Source: a virus
Lineage: Duplodnaviria > Caudoviricetes
Reading direction: 5' to 3' (one strand)
IMG/VR virus record: IMGVR_UViG_3300046678_000278
Span: 1 to 64,000 of that record
DNA: 64,000 nucleotides
Made by a program: the position numbers and the translations under genes. Position 1 is the stretch's first letter, and each line of letters opens with the position of its first letter. Positions 19,952 to 29,534 of the stretch are shown here, piece by piece. Below the pieces are notes generated by a model. That model saw nothing but the letters and a program-made list of their open reading frames with translations. It was not told where the DNA came from and ran no database searches.

Positions 19952-20488
19952 ATGTTATTTAAATTATGGTTAGAAGCTAGAACTGATATTGTTTACCATG
20001 CTACTTTTTTTAAGAATCTAGAGGGTATTGCAGAGTATGGTTTATCTTGGAAAGATAGCGAAGGGGCAAATTTTTACGCTTATGCAAGACATTCATTTGG
20101 AAAGACGTTTTTCTCACACACTTTGGATAATGCAAGATTTTGGGTCTCTAAATTAGAGATGGTAGGAAATGATACTTCTGATAATGTTTTAGAAGATGGT
20201 TTAATTCCTATTATATTAAGATTTAGATTCAATAGGCGACCAACAACAGACAGATGGCAAATAGATAAAGAAAGCGATATTGGCAGGGATGATTATCATA
20301 CAAATAGAATTATTCAGCCACAAAGTATTCAATGGTGGGATGGTAAGATTTGGAAGAGCGTTGATGACCAAAATATAGACCATAGTTTATTTCTAGAATG
20401 GCAGAATTTTGGAGATGAAGAATATGACAAATATGGAAATCCAAATGGCGCTTGGTATTATAAACAAAGTTATCCTTATCCGAGGTAA
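19952..20488 (+). CDS. ADP-ribosyltransferase/Tpt1-fold-like protein with capsid-targeting-like N-terminus
   Basis: MLFKLWLE, then VYHAT..NLEGI...GL...TFFS...A..W...ILRF...IQPQSI. Confidence 0.55.
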   Translation: MLFKLWLEARTDIVYHATFFKNLEGIAEYGLSWKDSEGANFYAYARHSFGKTFFSHTLDNARFWVSKLEMVGNDTSDNVLEDGLIPIILRFRFNRRPTTDRWQIDKESDIGRDDYHTNRIIQPQSIQWWDGKIWKSVDDQNIDHSLFLEWQNFGDEEYDKYGNPNGAWYYKQSYPYPR

Positions 20489-20491
20489 ATT

Positions 20492-21469
20492 ATGGCTAAA
20501 TTTATAGACAGAATTGCGTCAACAGACAAAGGATATTTAGCTGGTGATTTAAGCATATATCCTGTAGCTAAAGATACGCATGAACAGTTATATACGGCAT
20601 CTAACAATGCCCAAACTATAACAACTCAAAGTACAAGCTATAATTCCCCAATTTTTGTTGTAGAAGATACAAGTTCATTTCCAGATCAAGGTTTGATCTT
20701 AATAGGTACAGAACAGATATATTATTCAATTAAAACTGCAAATGGTTTTACTGGTTTAAAGAGAGGTTTTGCTGGATCAAGACAGAACACTTGGCCAATT
20801 AATACTCCTGTTTATGGTGCTGTCTTTGCAGAACCACACAATGCTATTAAAGATGCATCAATTAATATTGAAAAAAATCTAGGGTTAATTAAGAACCCAG
20901 ACCCTAAATCATTAAATGGTATTTTAACAGCGCTTGAAACTAGATTTTTATCACCAAGGCCAGTATTCAGAGCAGACCCAAGAACGGGAGTTGCTCCACA
21001 CGTTGTAAGTTTTCAAAATTTTACAGAAAGTCCTGCTATTAGATATTTTTGGGATTTTGGAGACGGTTCAACTTCACAAGATTTTGCTCCAACACATACA
21101 TATGAAGCAAGTGGTAATTATAGCGTTTCGTTAACAGTAATTACAAGTTTGAATGGTCAGGGCATTGCAACTAAGAAAGATTACATTAAGATTGGATTGC
21201 AGTATGCTCCTGCATTTTTTTATACAACTCCGATATCTGGTACAGTAAGTGATACTTTCACTTTTATAGACCAATCAGACGGCAGTATAGCTAGTAGGTA
21301 TTGGGTGTGGGATGATGGAACAACTACTTCAATAACTGACCCAAATGAACATACAGCAGAGCATCAATATACGGTAGCAGGAACATATAATCCATCTTTA
21401 TTATTAGTCTTTTCTGATGAAACAAAAAATGTAGTCCTTGCCACAGAACCAATTATAGTAGGAAATTAA
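20492..21469 (+). CDS. PKD-domain virion protein (paralog 1)
   Basis: WDFGDG...PTHTY...GNYSVSLTV plus a second PKD; N-terminal domain shared with paralogs 2 and 3. Confidence 0.75.
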   Translation: MAKFIDRIASTDKGYLAGDLSIYPVAKDTHEQLYTASNNAQTITTQSTSYNSPIFVVEDTSSFPDQGLILIGTEQIYYSIKTANGFTGLKRGFAGSRQNTWPINTPVYGAVFAEPHNAIKDASINIEKNLGLIKNPDPKSLNGILTALETRFLSPRPVFRADPRTGVAPHVVSFQNFTESPAIRYFWDFGDGSTSQDFAPTHTYEASGNYSVSLTVITSLNGQGIATKKDYIKIGLQYAPAFFYTTPISGTVSDTFTFIDQSDGSIASRYWVWDDGTTTSITDPNEHTAEHQYTVAGTYNPSLLLVFSDETKNVVLATEPIIVGN

Positions 21470-23572
21470 ATGAGCAATTATCCAGTAAATTTTGATGATG
21501 ATACAAACCTTTTTTTAGTACATGATGGTCTAAGATTAACATTAGCAGAAGATTATTCGCCTGGGGATACTTCCATTGTAGTGAATGGCGATCCTACGCT
21601 TTCTTTCCCGCCTACTGGGATTATTACATTAACAGAACAATGTAGCACTATTGACAAAAGGGCAATCTCTTTTACGTATAGTGGATTAACTAAAACTGGC
21701 TTTACAGGTTTGGTTTTAAATAGTGGTTTTACTGACGTTGCTAAGCCAAAATTGTTTACACATATTACCATGAATGTTGTTGCAGAACATCATGATTCTC
21801 TCAAAGATGCTTTAATTCAGATTGAACACATGGCGGGGAAAAGAGGAGAAGTAGCAGTTAAACCCAAAACTGGTACTATGGAAGCTAGAATTAATTACTT
21901 ACGGAGTTTGGTTTTAAGGCCAAAGGCTTGGTTTTCTGTAGATAAAAAGGTTGGCGCTGCACCATTAACTGTCAATATACAAGATTTAAGTGTTCGTGCG
22001 CCAAATAAGTACGAATGGGATTTTGGAGATACTGATACAGATACACTTATCTTTCCTTACGTGCCTGGACAAGCAGAAGGTACAAGTCCACCACCAGACG
22101 GCAGTGTTTCGCATATTTATACTACTCCTGGCACATATAGCATTACTTTAACAGCCACTAATCCATTTGGAACTAATGAAATTACAATAACTGATCTTAT
22201 TACAGTAAGAACAGGTGCACCGAATGAGGCAACTATTGACTTTAATGCTAGTCCAATACAAATAGTAAGTGGTGGTGTTATTAGATCAAAAATAAATGTG
22301 CCTATCGAAATTGATGTAATTTCTTCTGGTGTTCAGGTTGGTGATCCCATAGTTGAATACACTTGGGTTATAAATGATGATTTATTTCATCAAAATTCAT
22401 CAACAACGGATGCACAGTTTAGTATTGGTGGATTATATGATGTTCAGCTACGTGTAGATACAGAACTTGGGTCTTATAGAATTACAACCTTTCCAAAAGT
22501 TCTAGATATTATTGAAAAGAACAATCTTTGGCTTTCAATATTTGATTCTCCAACATCAAATACAGCTATAACAAAAAATATTTCAACTTATGAATTTGGT
22601 CTTATTAGCGAAGTGTTTAAAACAAAAACTTATAACACACTTTCAGTTAAAAGAGATTATACTTTTTTGAATAGTTTACCTAATTCCGCACAGCAAATTC
22701 GTGAGTTCCGCAGAAATAATGGATTCACACAAAGAAATGCCACTTCATCTGGCAATCATGGTTCTGGTGTTATGTATTGGCAAGAAGATAATAGTAGTGT
22801 GAGATTGATGGAGTTTGATGGATTTGCTGATGTGTATTCTACTTTGCCTGTAGATACAATGAATAGGTCTTGGAATTGGGTATCTTTGAACTCTCCTGAT
22901 AATGTTTATTTCTTGTTTGGAAATCAAAATCCAACTATAGACTTAACTAACGTTGAAACACAATCTGTTAGTTTGGGAAGTTTTGCATTGTCAAGTGAAA
23001 CATTGAGTACTTTTGATAATGGAGCAGATGAATTGAAGTCTAATGTCGGTGATGGCACTGATGGAGAATTTTCTGTATATCGTTCATGTTGGAAAGATAA
23101 TACTGGTTACATTGTTCGCAATGATAATACTGGATCATTTTTTAGATTAAGAAGTTTTTATAGAACTGATGGAGTTTTTAATAACCCTATTCAATCTATA
23201 ATGAAACTGCCAGATTTGCCAGGCGGAATGGGAAACCCTAAATCAGAAGGCCAATTAGTAACATTGACTAATGGAGTTTATTTCTTCAATAACAGTGGTG
23301 GAGTTTCTGTTTATAACACCGCAGCTAATATTTGGGAATCTTTTGGGCCTGGAATTGGAAGTCCTTTGTTTTCAACTCTTCAAGATTCTACAGTATCAGG
23401 ATTTGATAATGTTTCTAATACTTTATTGGCTACAAGTGATGGTGACAGGGTTGCTTATTTAAGTTTTGATTATAGTAATAAGACTTTTATGAAGTTTAAT
23501 GAAGTTGATGGAACTTTCCATAAATTGCCAAATAGACCCTCTGGTGAGCAATTTGTTACTACAGTTTACTAA
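21470..23572 (+). CDS. PKD-domain virion protein (paralog 2) with beta-rich C-terminus
   Basis: WDFGD...HIYTTPGTYSITLTATN; AEHHD.LKDA motif. Confidence 0.75.
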   Translation: MSNYPVNFDDDTNLFLVHDGLRLTLAEDYSPGDTSIVVNGDPTLSFPPTGIITLTEQCSTIDKRAISFTYSGLTKTGFTGLVLNSGFTDVAKPKLFTHITMNVVAEHHDSLKDALIQIEHMAGKRGEVAVKPKTGTMEARINYLRSLVLRPKAWFSVDKKVGAAPLTVNIQDLSVRAPNKYEWDFGDTDTDTLIFPYVPGQAEGTSPPPDGSVSHIYTTPGTYSITLTATNPFGTNEITITDLITVRTGAPNEATIDFNASPIQIVSGGVIRSKINVPIEIDVISSGVQVGDPIVEYTWVINDDLFHQNSSTTDAQFSIGGLYDVQLRVDTELGSYRITTFPKVLDIIEKNNLWLSIFDSPTSNTAITKNISTYEFGLISEVFKTKTYNTLSVKRDYTFLNSLPNSAQQIREFRRNNGFTQRNATSSGNHGSGVMYWQEDNSSVRLMEFDGFADVYSTLPVDTMNRSWNWVSLNSPDNVYFLFGNQNPTIDLTNVETQSVSLGSFALSSETLSTFDNGADELKSNVGDGTDGEFSVYRSCWKDNTGYIVRNDNTGSFFRLRSFYRTDGVFNNPIQSIMKLPDLPGGMGNPKSEGQLVTLTNGVYFFNNSGGVSVYNTAANIWESFGPGIGSPLFSTLQDSTVSGFDNVSNTLLATSDGDRVAYLSFDYSNKTFMKFNEVDGTFHKLPNRPSGEQFVTTVY

Positions 23573-23584
23573 ATATCAACAACC

Positions 23585-24481
23585 ATGACTGTTATTTCAC
23601 TAAAACCCCTTGTGACAACTAAGAATGTGTCAAATAAATTAATTGGCACATTTTCAGATACTAAACCTCTGCCTGTTGACAAATATATTGTTAGTATAGG
23701 ATGGGGAGATACTTTTTCTTCTCAGGCCACTACAGCAAAAACTGGCAATAACACATATAACATTATTGGAAGCCATACTTATCATAAAACTGGAAAATTT
23801 ATATTAAAAGTAACTGTATACAATACAATCACAAAAGAATTATCCACCTCAGTAACATCAATAACAGTCGGTTCTAGCGGTTCTGGTCCTGGGAAACATA
23901 AAATGGGTGGTGGTGGTCCTGGGAAACATAAAATGGGTGGTGGTGGTCCTGGGAAACATAAAATGGGTGGTCCTGGTAAGAAAATGAAAGGTGGACCTGG
24001 ACCTGGAATGCATCATAAGAAAAAGTCTCATATGAAAAAACATATGAAGCACAAGAAGTCTCATATGGGCATGGGAATGATGGGAATGATGGGTATGATG
24101 GGTATGGGTACGAGTATGCATCATGAAAATATGATGAAACATATGATGATGAAAATGATGATGTCTTCCGGTTCTGGTTCATTTGGGTCCATTGAAAGTC
24201 CATCACCAAGTCCATCACCAATGCCTAGTCCAACATCTAGTCCTAATCCAATGCCTAGCCCAAAACCTAGCCCAACCTCTAGCCCTAGTCCAAGTCCTTC
24301 TCCTTGCCCAAATGATTTGACTAGACCAACTCCTGGTGATCCTTGTACTTGTGTGAGTGCTTATATAGCTAATGGACCAGTATTTGGAGCGCCATTGCCG
24401 GGACAGCAATGCGTTAGTCCATGTCCACCAGGATATCAGAATCCACCATCATTTGGTCAGAACTGTCTTCCTGGAGCGTAA
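23585..24481 (+). CDS. Ig/PKD-like domain with G/K/H/M-rich and Ser-Pro low-complexity tracts and a Cys-rich tip
   Basis: SIGWGD...GSHTY domain; GPGKHKMGGG repeats; (SP)n tract. Confidence 0.6.
   Translation: MTVISLKPLVTTKNVSNKLIGTFSDTKPLPVDKYIVSIGWGDTFSSQATTAKTGNNTYNIIGSHTYHKTGKFILKVTVYNTITKELSTSVTSITVGSSGSGPGKHKMGGGGPGKHKMGGGGPGKHKMGGPGKKMKGGPGPGMHHKKKSHMKKHMKHKKSHMGMGMMGMMGMMGMGTSMHHENMMKHMMMKMMMSSGSGSFGSIESPSPSPSPMPSPTSSPNPMPSPKPSPTSSPSPSPSPCPNDLTRPTPGDPCTCVSAYIANGPVFGAPLPGQQCVSPCPPGYQNPPSFGQNCLPGA
23884..23971 (+). repeat. 30-bp tandem coding repeat, about 2.9 copies
   Basis: Unit tggtcctgggaaacataaaatgggtggtgg, no spacers. Confidence 0.9.
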
Positions 24482-24524
24482 AATAAATTTGGTTTTCTTG
24501 ATATGATATTGTTATATAAATAAT

Positions 24525-26309
24525 ATGCCAATGTACTTTCCACCAATTCCTGTGTATCCTGTAGGTTATGATAGTGATTTTACATTGTTTCTGGTCTATA
24601 ATACATCAGAAACTATCACTGTTGCCGATACCGATGCGTTTTCAGAGGAAATACCTATTAGGCCACAACCGGGCAATAAACCTGAAATATGGCCAGATAA
24701 TGGGTATGCTACAATATCTGGTGAGCTTTTTTATTATGATGCCGTTGATAAAAATAGCAACAATAGAGTTTGTAGATTTCGTAGATGCGTTAGAAATTTA
24801 GGAGGAAAAACAACACAGTTTAATTCCGAAAACACCTGGGTTAGAGGTTTTGTTATAGCAGAACATCATAATCAATTAGTTAATTGTGTTTTATTAGTTG
24901 AAAACTTTATTGGTGAAAACTTTTCTCCTGACTATAAGACGCTAGACTGGAGAATTAGGCATTTAGCTGATACGCCAATTATATCTGACGATTTTGGTTG
25001 TTCTGATGTAGAATTTGATTTTAATATTGTTAGCAGCAGTCCAGCAACCGGAACAATAGCTACTTATAATGTTCAAACTCAAGGTGGGGCTGGTAATTTT
25101 ACCCTACAGTTTGGTGATGGTAATTCTACCAATTCAGCTTTATCTGGAACTCACGTATACGCACCTGGAGCGACTATTGATCCTGTTGTAGTTATGAAGA
25201 ATGATACTTGTCAAGTTGTACAAACAGCAAATATTAGAACTAACACCAATACACCTATAGAAACTCCTGATACGCCTCCATTTGTTGTACCAGTGCCCAT
25301 ACCACCACCTATTCCACCTTTTAATGTTCCTAACATTAACGCACCTATGCCACAAATGAATTTTCCTCCTATTATGATGCCAGCATTTCCAGCATTTCCT
25401 GGTTTTCCTAGCATTATTGAAATATCTCAGTTGGGTGGAATAAGCTTAATTGAAGTTAATCCAATTATTACCGTTAGTCCTCATATTAATGTTGATTCTA
25501 TTGACAACAGTGGAGGTAGTGGTCATCGTTTATTTCCTAGAGAAAGAGAACTAGGTAAATTTTATTCAGTGGCTAGTAGCGGTGTAGTTGAAACACCGGG
25601 CAGAATAGAAGTTGATCCACACATTGTTGTTAGTCCAACCATAAATGTTAGTACGATAGGAAGAAATGCAAATTTCCCTTCAACTATTTCGATTGGTCCG
25701 TTTCCATCAATGATACCAATAGGTCCATTTCCTCCTGTACCTCCAATACAAGTACAGATGCCAATTATTCCTCCAATACAAGTGGCTCCTGTAATGTTTC
25801 CATCTATTGTTGTAGATGATGGCGACGATGGTGGTGGTGGTATGGGTGGTGGTATGGGTGGTGGTATGGGTGGTATGGGTATGGGCGGCGGCATGAGCAA
25901 TATAGGCGGCATGTCATTAGTTGGTGGTGAAGTAATTAAACTAGAAAAATCTGATATTCAATCTCAGCCTTTAGTAAATAAAGTTGAAATAGGTGAAGAT
26001 GTAATTATGAGAATTGCTAATGGAGTTGGAAGAACATTTGCAGAGGTGTTAGCAGAACATCTTAATTCAATGACTATTGAGCCTTCTGATTTTGAAAGAT
26101 CAGTAATGCCGTTAAGTATGCCACAAGAAATTCCAAATTTTGATACTAGACCAGAAGTGACTCCTGTTGAAGTTATACCGATTATTAGAGAAGAAGAGGG
26201 TTTGTTTGAAGAGGAAGAGACTAAATTAAGTCCAGTTCAAATAATGAAAGCTAAACATTTAGGTCAAGAGATTGATTCAGTTAGAGTACGAGTTATACCT
26301 AAAAGATAA
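24525..26309 (+). CDS. PKD-like virion protein (paralog 3) with Pro-rich and Gly-Met tail
   Basis: AEHHNQL motif; FGDG...GTHVY; TATAAATA upstream. Confidence 0.65.
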   Translation: MPMYFPPIPVYPVGYDSDFTLFLVYNTSETITVADTDAFSEEIPIRPQPGNKPEIWPDNGYATISGELFYYDAVDKNSNNRVCRFRRCVRNLGGKTTQFNSENTWVRGFVIAEHHNQLVNCVLLVENFIGENFSPDYKTLDWRIRHLADTPIISDDFGCSDVEFDFNIVSSSPATGTIATYNVQTQGGAGNFTLQFGDGNSTNSALSGTHVYAPGATIDPVVVMKNDTCQVVQTANIRTNTNTPIETPDTPPFVVPVPIPPPIPPFNVPNINAPMPQMNFPPIMMPAFPAFPGFPSIIEISQLGGISLIEVNPIITVSPHINVDSIDNSGGSGHRLFPRERELGKFYSVASSGVVETPGRIEVDPHIVVSPTINVSTIGRNANFPSTISIGPFPSMIPIGPFPPVPPIQVQMPIIPPIQVAPVMFPSIVVDDGDDGGGGMGGGMGGGMGGMGMGGGMSNIGGMSLVGGEVIKLEKSDIQSQPLVNKVEIGEDVIMRIANGVGRTFAEVLAEHLNSMTIEPSDFERSVMPLSMPQEIPNFDTRPEVTPVEVIPIIREEEGLFEEEETKLSPVQIMKAKHLGQEIDSVRVRVIPKR

Positions 26310-26525
26310 TTATTCTTCATTGTCTTTTGATTGTGATTGTACGGCTTTAAGATTTGCTTTTTTGGCTTTGCTTTCAGCAGAAGCAGCTTTAAATTCTAGT
26401 CCTTTAGCTTTAACTTCTTTTGTTTTAGCTTTAACTTCTTGCCCTTTGGCTTTAAGTTCAGCTGACTTTTGCTCGTTAACGCTATCTTCTTTCTCACTTA
26501 CGAATTGTATGAATGTTTTGAACAT
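26310..26525 (-). CDS. Small Lys/Ala-rich repeat protein with capsid-targeting-like N-terminus
   Basis: MFKTFIQFVSE followed by ExKAKxx heptads; ATAAATA 6 nt upstream. Confidence 0.65.
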   Translation of the reverse strand: MFKTFIQFVSEKEDSVNEQKSAELKAKGQEVKAKTKEVKAKGLEFKAASAESKAKKANLKAVQSQSKDNEE

Positions 26526-26536
26526 AATAAGTATTT

Positions 26537-27397
26537 ATGGACTTTAATAAAAATATGAAAATTATAATTAAAAAACATGCCAATAAGAATCATTACCTAT
26601 TAACCCCAGATGGATATTGGGTTAGGGATTTTACTAGAAAAGTGTTTCCTCAAGACATTAACGATCTTATTACCAATCAAGAATTTAATATTTTTGCTGA
26701 AAATGAATTAACAATTAAAACTATGAACATTGCCAATATTGACAATGAATTTATTCGCAAAGATAAAGTTATTATTGTTTCTGACGGATATCAATTTGAA
26801 CAGAAAAAACATCTACTAAAAAAACTTCCTAGAGATGTTGTTATTATTGGGACTAACAGATCATTAGCTAATTGGAGTTCCGATATTAGGATGGATTATT
26901 ACTTAAATAACAATCCCTATAAAGAAGCAATGTCCTGTTTGCCCAGCGCAAGCTACACACCAAAATGTATAGTTAGTTGTAGAACATATCCAGACTTTGT
27001 TAGATTTTATCGCAAAGTAAAAGGTGTATTGTTCAAATATGTCCCATCAAAGAGTAAAAAATATGGAAGCATTAATGATGCCACTTATTACATTGATGAC
27101 TATAGAAATCCTATTTGTGCTTCAATAAATTTGGCTTATCGTTGGGGAGTAAAGAAATTAATGTTGTTTTGTTGTGATGATGTTTTCAGTGGAGAGAGAC
27201 AAGGAAGCATAAAAGTTAAAGATGATTTGTATATGTATCCGCAACATAAGATGGCTCACTCATTTATTAATGGGTGTTTGTATTGGTTAAAGCACCAAGA
27301 GTTTAATCCAGTGCAAATAGTTAACTACTCTCAAGGCTTAGAATATTATAATGTTCCATATATAAAAGAAGACGGCATTGAGGAATTTTTTAAATGA
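26537..27397 (+). CDS. MptE/Maf (DUF115)-like protein
   Basis: KVIIVSDG...VIIGTNRSL...D...ASINLAYRWGVKKLMLFCCD. Confidence 0.5.
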   Translation: MDFNKNMKIIIKKHANKNHYLLTPDGYWVRDFTRKVFPQDINDLITNQEFNIFAENELTIKTMNIANIDNEFIRKDKVIIVSDGYQFEQKKHLLKKLPRDVVIIGTNRSLANWSSDIRMDYYLNNNPYKEAMSCLPSASYTPKCIVSCRTYPDFVRFYRKVKGVLFKYVPSKSKKYGSINDATYYIDDYRNPICASINLAYRWGVKKLMLFCCDDVFSGERQGSIKVKDDLYMYPQHKMAHSFINGCLYWLKHQEFNPVQIVNYSQGLEYYNVPYIKEDGIEEFFK

Positions 27398-27681
27398 TTG
27401 AATCTTTTAAAATGTGGGAAGCAGGATTAGCTGATGATGGTTTCACAGACCCAGGCCGTCCATTAATAAAAAATAAAAAGATTATTAATAGATATAGAAT
27501 CCCTAATATTCCAACATATAGTTTTGAGAAGGATCGTGGGATGGCGTCGAAAGCTGTTGAAGGTAAATTGCCTCCGTTAGGCAATTTGGCATCTGTTCTT
27601 AAAAGGGATTCAAGAAAAGATTTGCCAATATACAAGTATGACGTGGTTAAAACAGCCAACACTAAACTAGACCCAGGATAA
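27394..27681 (+). CDS. Hypothetical protein with capsid-targeting-like N-terminus
   Basis: Starts MIESFKMWEA. Confidence 0.5.
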   Translation: MIESFKMWEAGLADDGFTDPGRPLIKNKKIINRYRIPNIPTYSFEKDRGMASKAVEGKLPPLGNLASVLKRDSRKDLPIYKYDVVKTANTKLDPG

Positions 27682-27688
27682 TTAAGAT

Positions 27689-27904
27689 ATGGGCAAATTT
27701 GATTTTGAAGATGAAGACAACTTTAGCCAAGGTGACGAACCTACGTTTTCATTATACGATTTTAAAAAATGGCTTTCCAAACAAAATAAAATAAATAAAG
27801 AAGAAATTAAAAACGAAGCAACGAAGAAAGTCCGCAATGAAGAAGAAGAAAGAGCAGAATTTAAAGAAAGAGTCAAGAAGCGTCGTAAAAAGAAGGGTGA
27901 ATAA
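27689..27904 (+). CDS. Small charged hypothetical protein
   Basis: Acidic N-terminus and basic C-terminus. Confidence 0.5.
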   Translation: MGKFDFEDEDNFSQGDEPTFSLYDFKKWLSKQNKINKEEIKNEATKKVRNEEEERAEFKERVKKRRKKKGE

Positions 27905-28182
27905 TGATGGCTCGTCCAAGAAACGGTAGAAGCAATCCACATCACAATCCAGGTCACAGTCGTAATCCAGTGCATCAACACGGTCATGCTTATCGTGGCC
28001 ACAACTATCGTCATATGTGTTATAGAAATACATGGTATGGTTGGTCATATAGAATTTGGTGTGTTAGATTTGGAGTGTGGATATATTGGTCCCCAGTAGA
28101 TGTTTGTTGGTATCGTCTTTATTCAGACGGCATTTATGTACCTTGTGATGATTTTACTGATCCAAATTGGGATGGTAGATAA
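27904..28182 (+). CDS. His/Arg-rich protein with W/Y/C-rich domain
   Basis: 92 aa; followed by a terminator. Confidence 0.55.
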   Translation: MMARPRNGRSNPHHNPGHSRNPVHQHGHAYRGHNYRHMCYRNTWYGWSYRIWCVRFGVWIYWSPVDVCWYRLYSDGIYVPCDDFTDPNWDGR

Positions 28183-28196
28183 TAAAAGAGTTATTT

Positions 28197-28224
28197 AAAA
28201 GGCGTGGTAATACACGCCTTTTTT
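28197..28224 (+). terminator. Rho-independent terminator
   Basis: aaaaggcgtg-gtaata-cacgcctttttt. Confidence 0.75.
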
Positions 28225-28276
28225 GTTTAATATGAGGATAATAAATAATAATAGTCTCTTTACAAGGATGTATTTT

Positions 28277-29044
28277 ATGCGTAAAATTTGGTTTTTGGCT
28301 TTTTTGTTTTCTGTTTTATTGATTTTTAATCCTGAAAATCAGGTAATTGTAGAACCAACATCAATTTACAAAGTTGATTATAGGACAAATTTCCTTTTTA
28401 TAGGTGTTGATTATAACACAAAGGAAAATGAAAAAGATGCTTTTGTTGAAGAAATAGAAATATTTGAAAAAGATATGCTTCGTAGTTTTAAAGCACTTTC
28501 TCCTAAGTTTGATTCTAGATCAATCTACGGAAAAATTTGCACTAGAGAAAATTGTTTTAAAGGATTTGATTGGATAGTTGAAAATTCTAGCGAAAAAAGT
28601 GTTTCCATAGTTTATATTGGAACACATGGCAGAAACAAAAAAGAATTAGGCGGTTATGCCTTTGTTGGTAATGATAGAATACCTATTCTTGGAAGTGAAA
28701 TTGCTGGAAAATTAAAGAACACTAAAGGTAGTTTAATTTTAATTATTGATACCTGCAAAGCAGGAGGAATGGTTGATGATTGGAAAGATTGTGGACCAAA
28801 TGTTTGTATAATATGCTCCAGTAGCAGTACGGAATTTACTTATTGTTGGAAGCTCACAGTTGCTATGAGGGATGCTCTTGTTAATGCTGATGAGAACAAT
28901 AATGGAGAAATTGATCTTGGAGAATTTAGAAAATATCTTCCAGGGAGAGTTAGAGAATTAACCGATAATCAAACTGTAACAATGTCTTCAAATTTTCCTA
29001 TGATAGTTGTTGGTAGTAGACTTCAATCTACATCAACTCCATAG
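28277..29044 (+). CDS. Caspase-family (C14/clan CD) peptidase with N-terminal signal or TM segment
   Basis: VYIGTHG and LIIDTCKAGG His/Cys dyad; ADENNNGEIDLGE loop. Confidence 0.7.
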   Translation: MRKIWFLAFLFSVLLIFNPENQVIVEPTSIYKVDYRTNFLFIGVDYNTKENEKDAFVEEIEIFEKDMLRSFKALSPKFDSRSIYGKICTRENCFKGFDWIVENSSEKSVSIVYIGTHGRNKKELGGYAFVGNDRIPILGSEIAGKLKNTKGSLILIIDTCKAGGMVDDWKDCGPNVCIICSSSSTEFTYCWKLTVAMRDALVNADENNNGEIDLGEFRKYLPGRVRELTDNQTVTMSSNFPMIVVGSRLQSTSTP

Positions 29045-29175
29045 TATTCTTTGTAGATAAACTTTATAGTTTCTTCTATGACAATTTGTTTGTAGATATC
29101 GTTTTCTCCTTCAAGTTGGTTCATAAAGGCATTTAGGATTGCTTGTCCATCTTTGACTAGTTCTTCTGATGTCAT
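29023..29175 (-). CDS. Small hypothetical protein, 50 aa (not in the ORF track)
   Basis: MTSEELVKDGQAILNAF...YGVDVD fills the intergenic gap. Confidence 0.5.
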   Translation of the reverse strand: MTSEELVKDGQAILNAFMNQLEGENDIYKQIVIEETIKFIYKEYYGVDVD

Positions 29176-29251
29176 AAAGTTATATATGGGAATTAAAAAT
29201 AATTAGTGCTTCACTAAATACAGTAGGTTAACTTCACAAGGAGTGTTAATA

Positions 29252-29527
29252 ATGGCAATTACTTTTACAGTAAATTTAGGTACTACAAATGTATTGAGTT
29301 CTAAGAACCCATACAGCAGCACTGATCCACAAGGATCAAATTTTGCAGCTACACGTTCAACGTTTTTCCCTGATTTCTTGAGGAATAATTATATTCGCAA
29401 GGATGGGGATACTATTGTAGTTAGTGGCAGAGCAGCTTTGTATTTGAAAAACAATTACAGCAACCTAGCAACAACAGCAGCAGCAAGAACATATGCTTTC
29501 TTGACCTATGTTAGTGGAGACGCATAA
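29252..29527 (+). CDS. Small probable virion protein
   Basis: CTAAATA and AAGGAG SD upstream; T/S/N/A-rich. Confidence 0.55.
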   Translation: MAITFTVNLGTTNVLSSKNPYSSTDPQGSNFAATRSTFFPDFLRNNYIRKDGDTIVVSGRAALYLKNNYSNLATTAAARTYAFLTYVSGDA

Positions 29528-29534
29528 GGAAAAA

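Noticed and set aside
23884-23971. 30-bp direct repeats as a CRISPR array
   Set aside because: The units are contiguous with no spacers and are in frame within a CDS.
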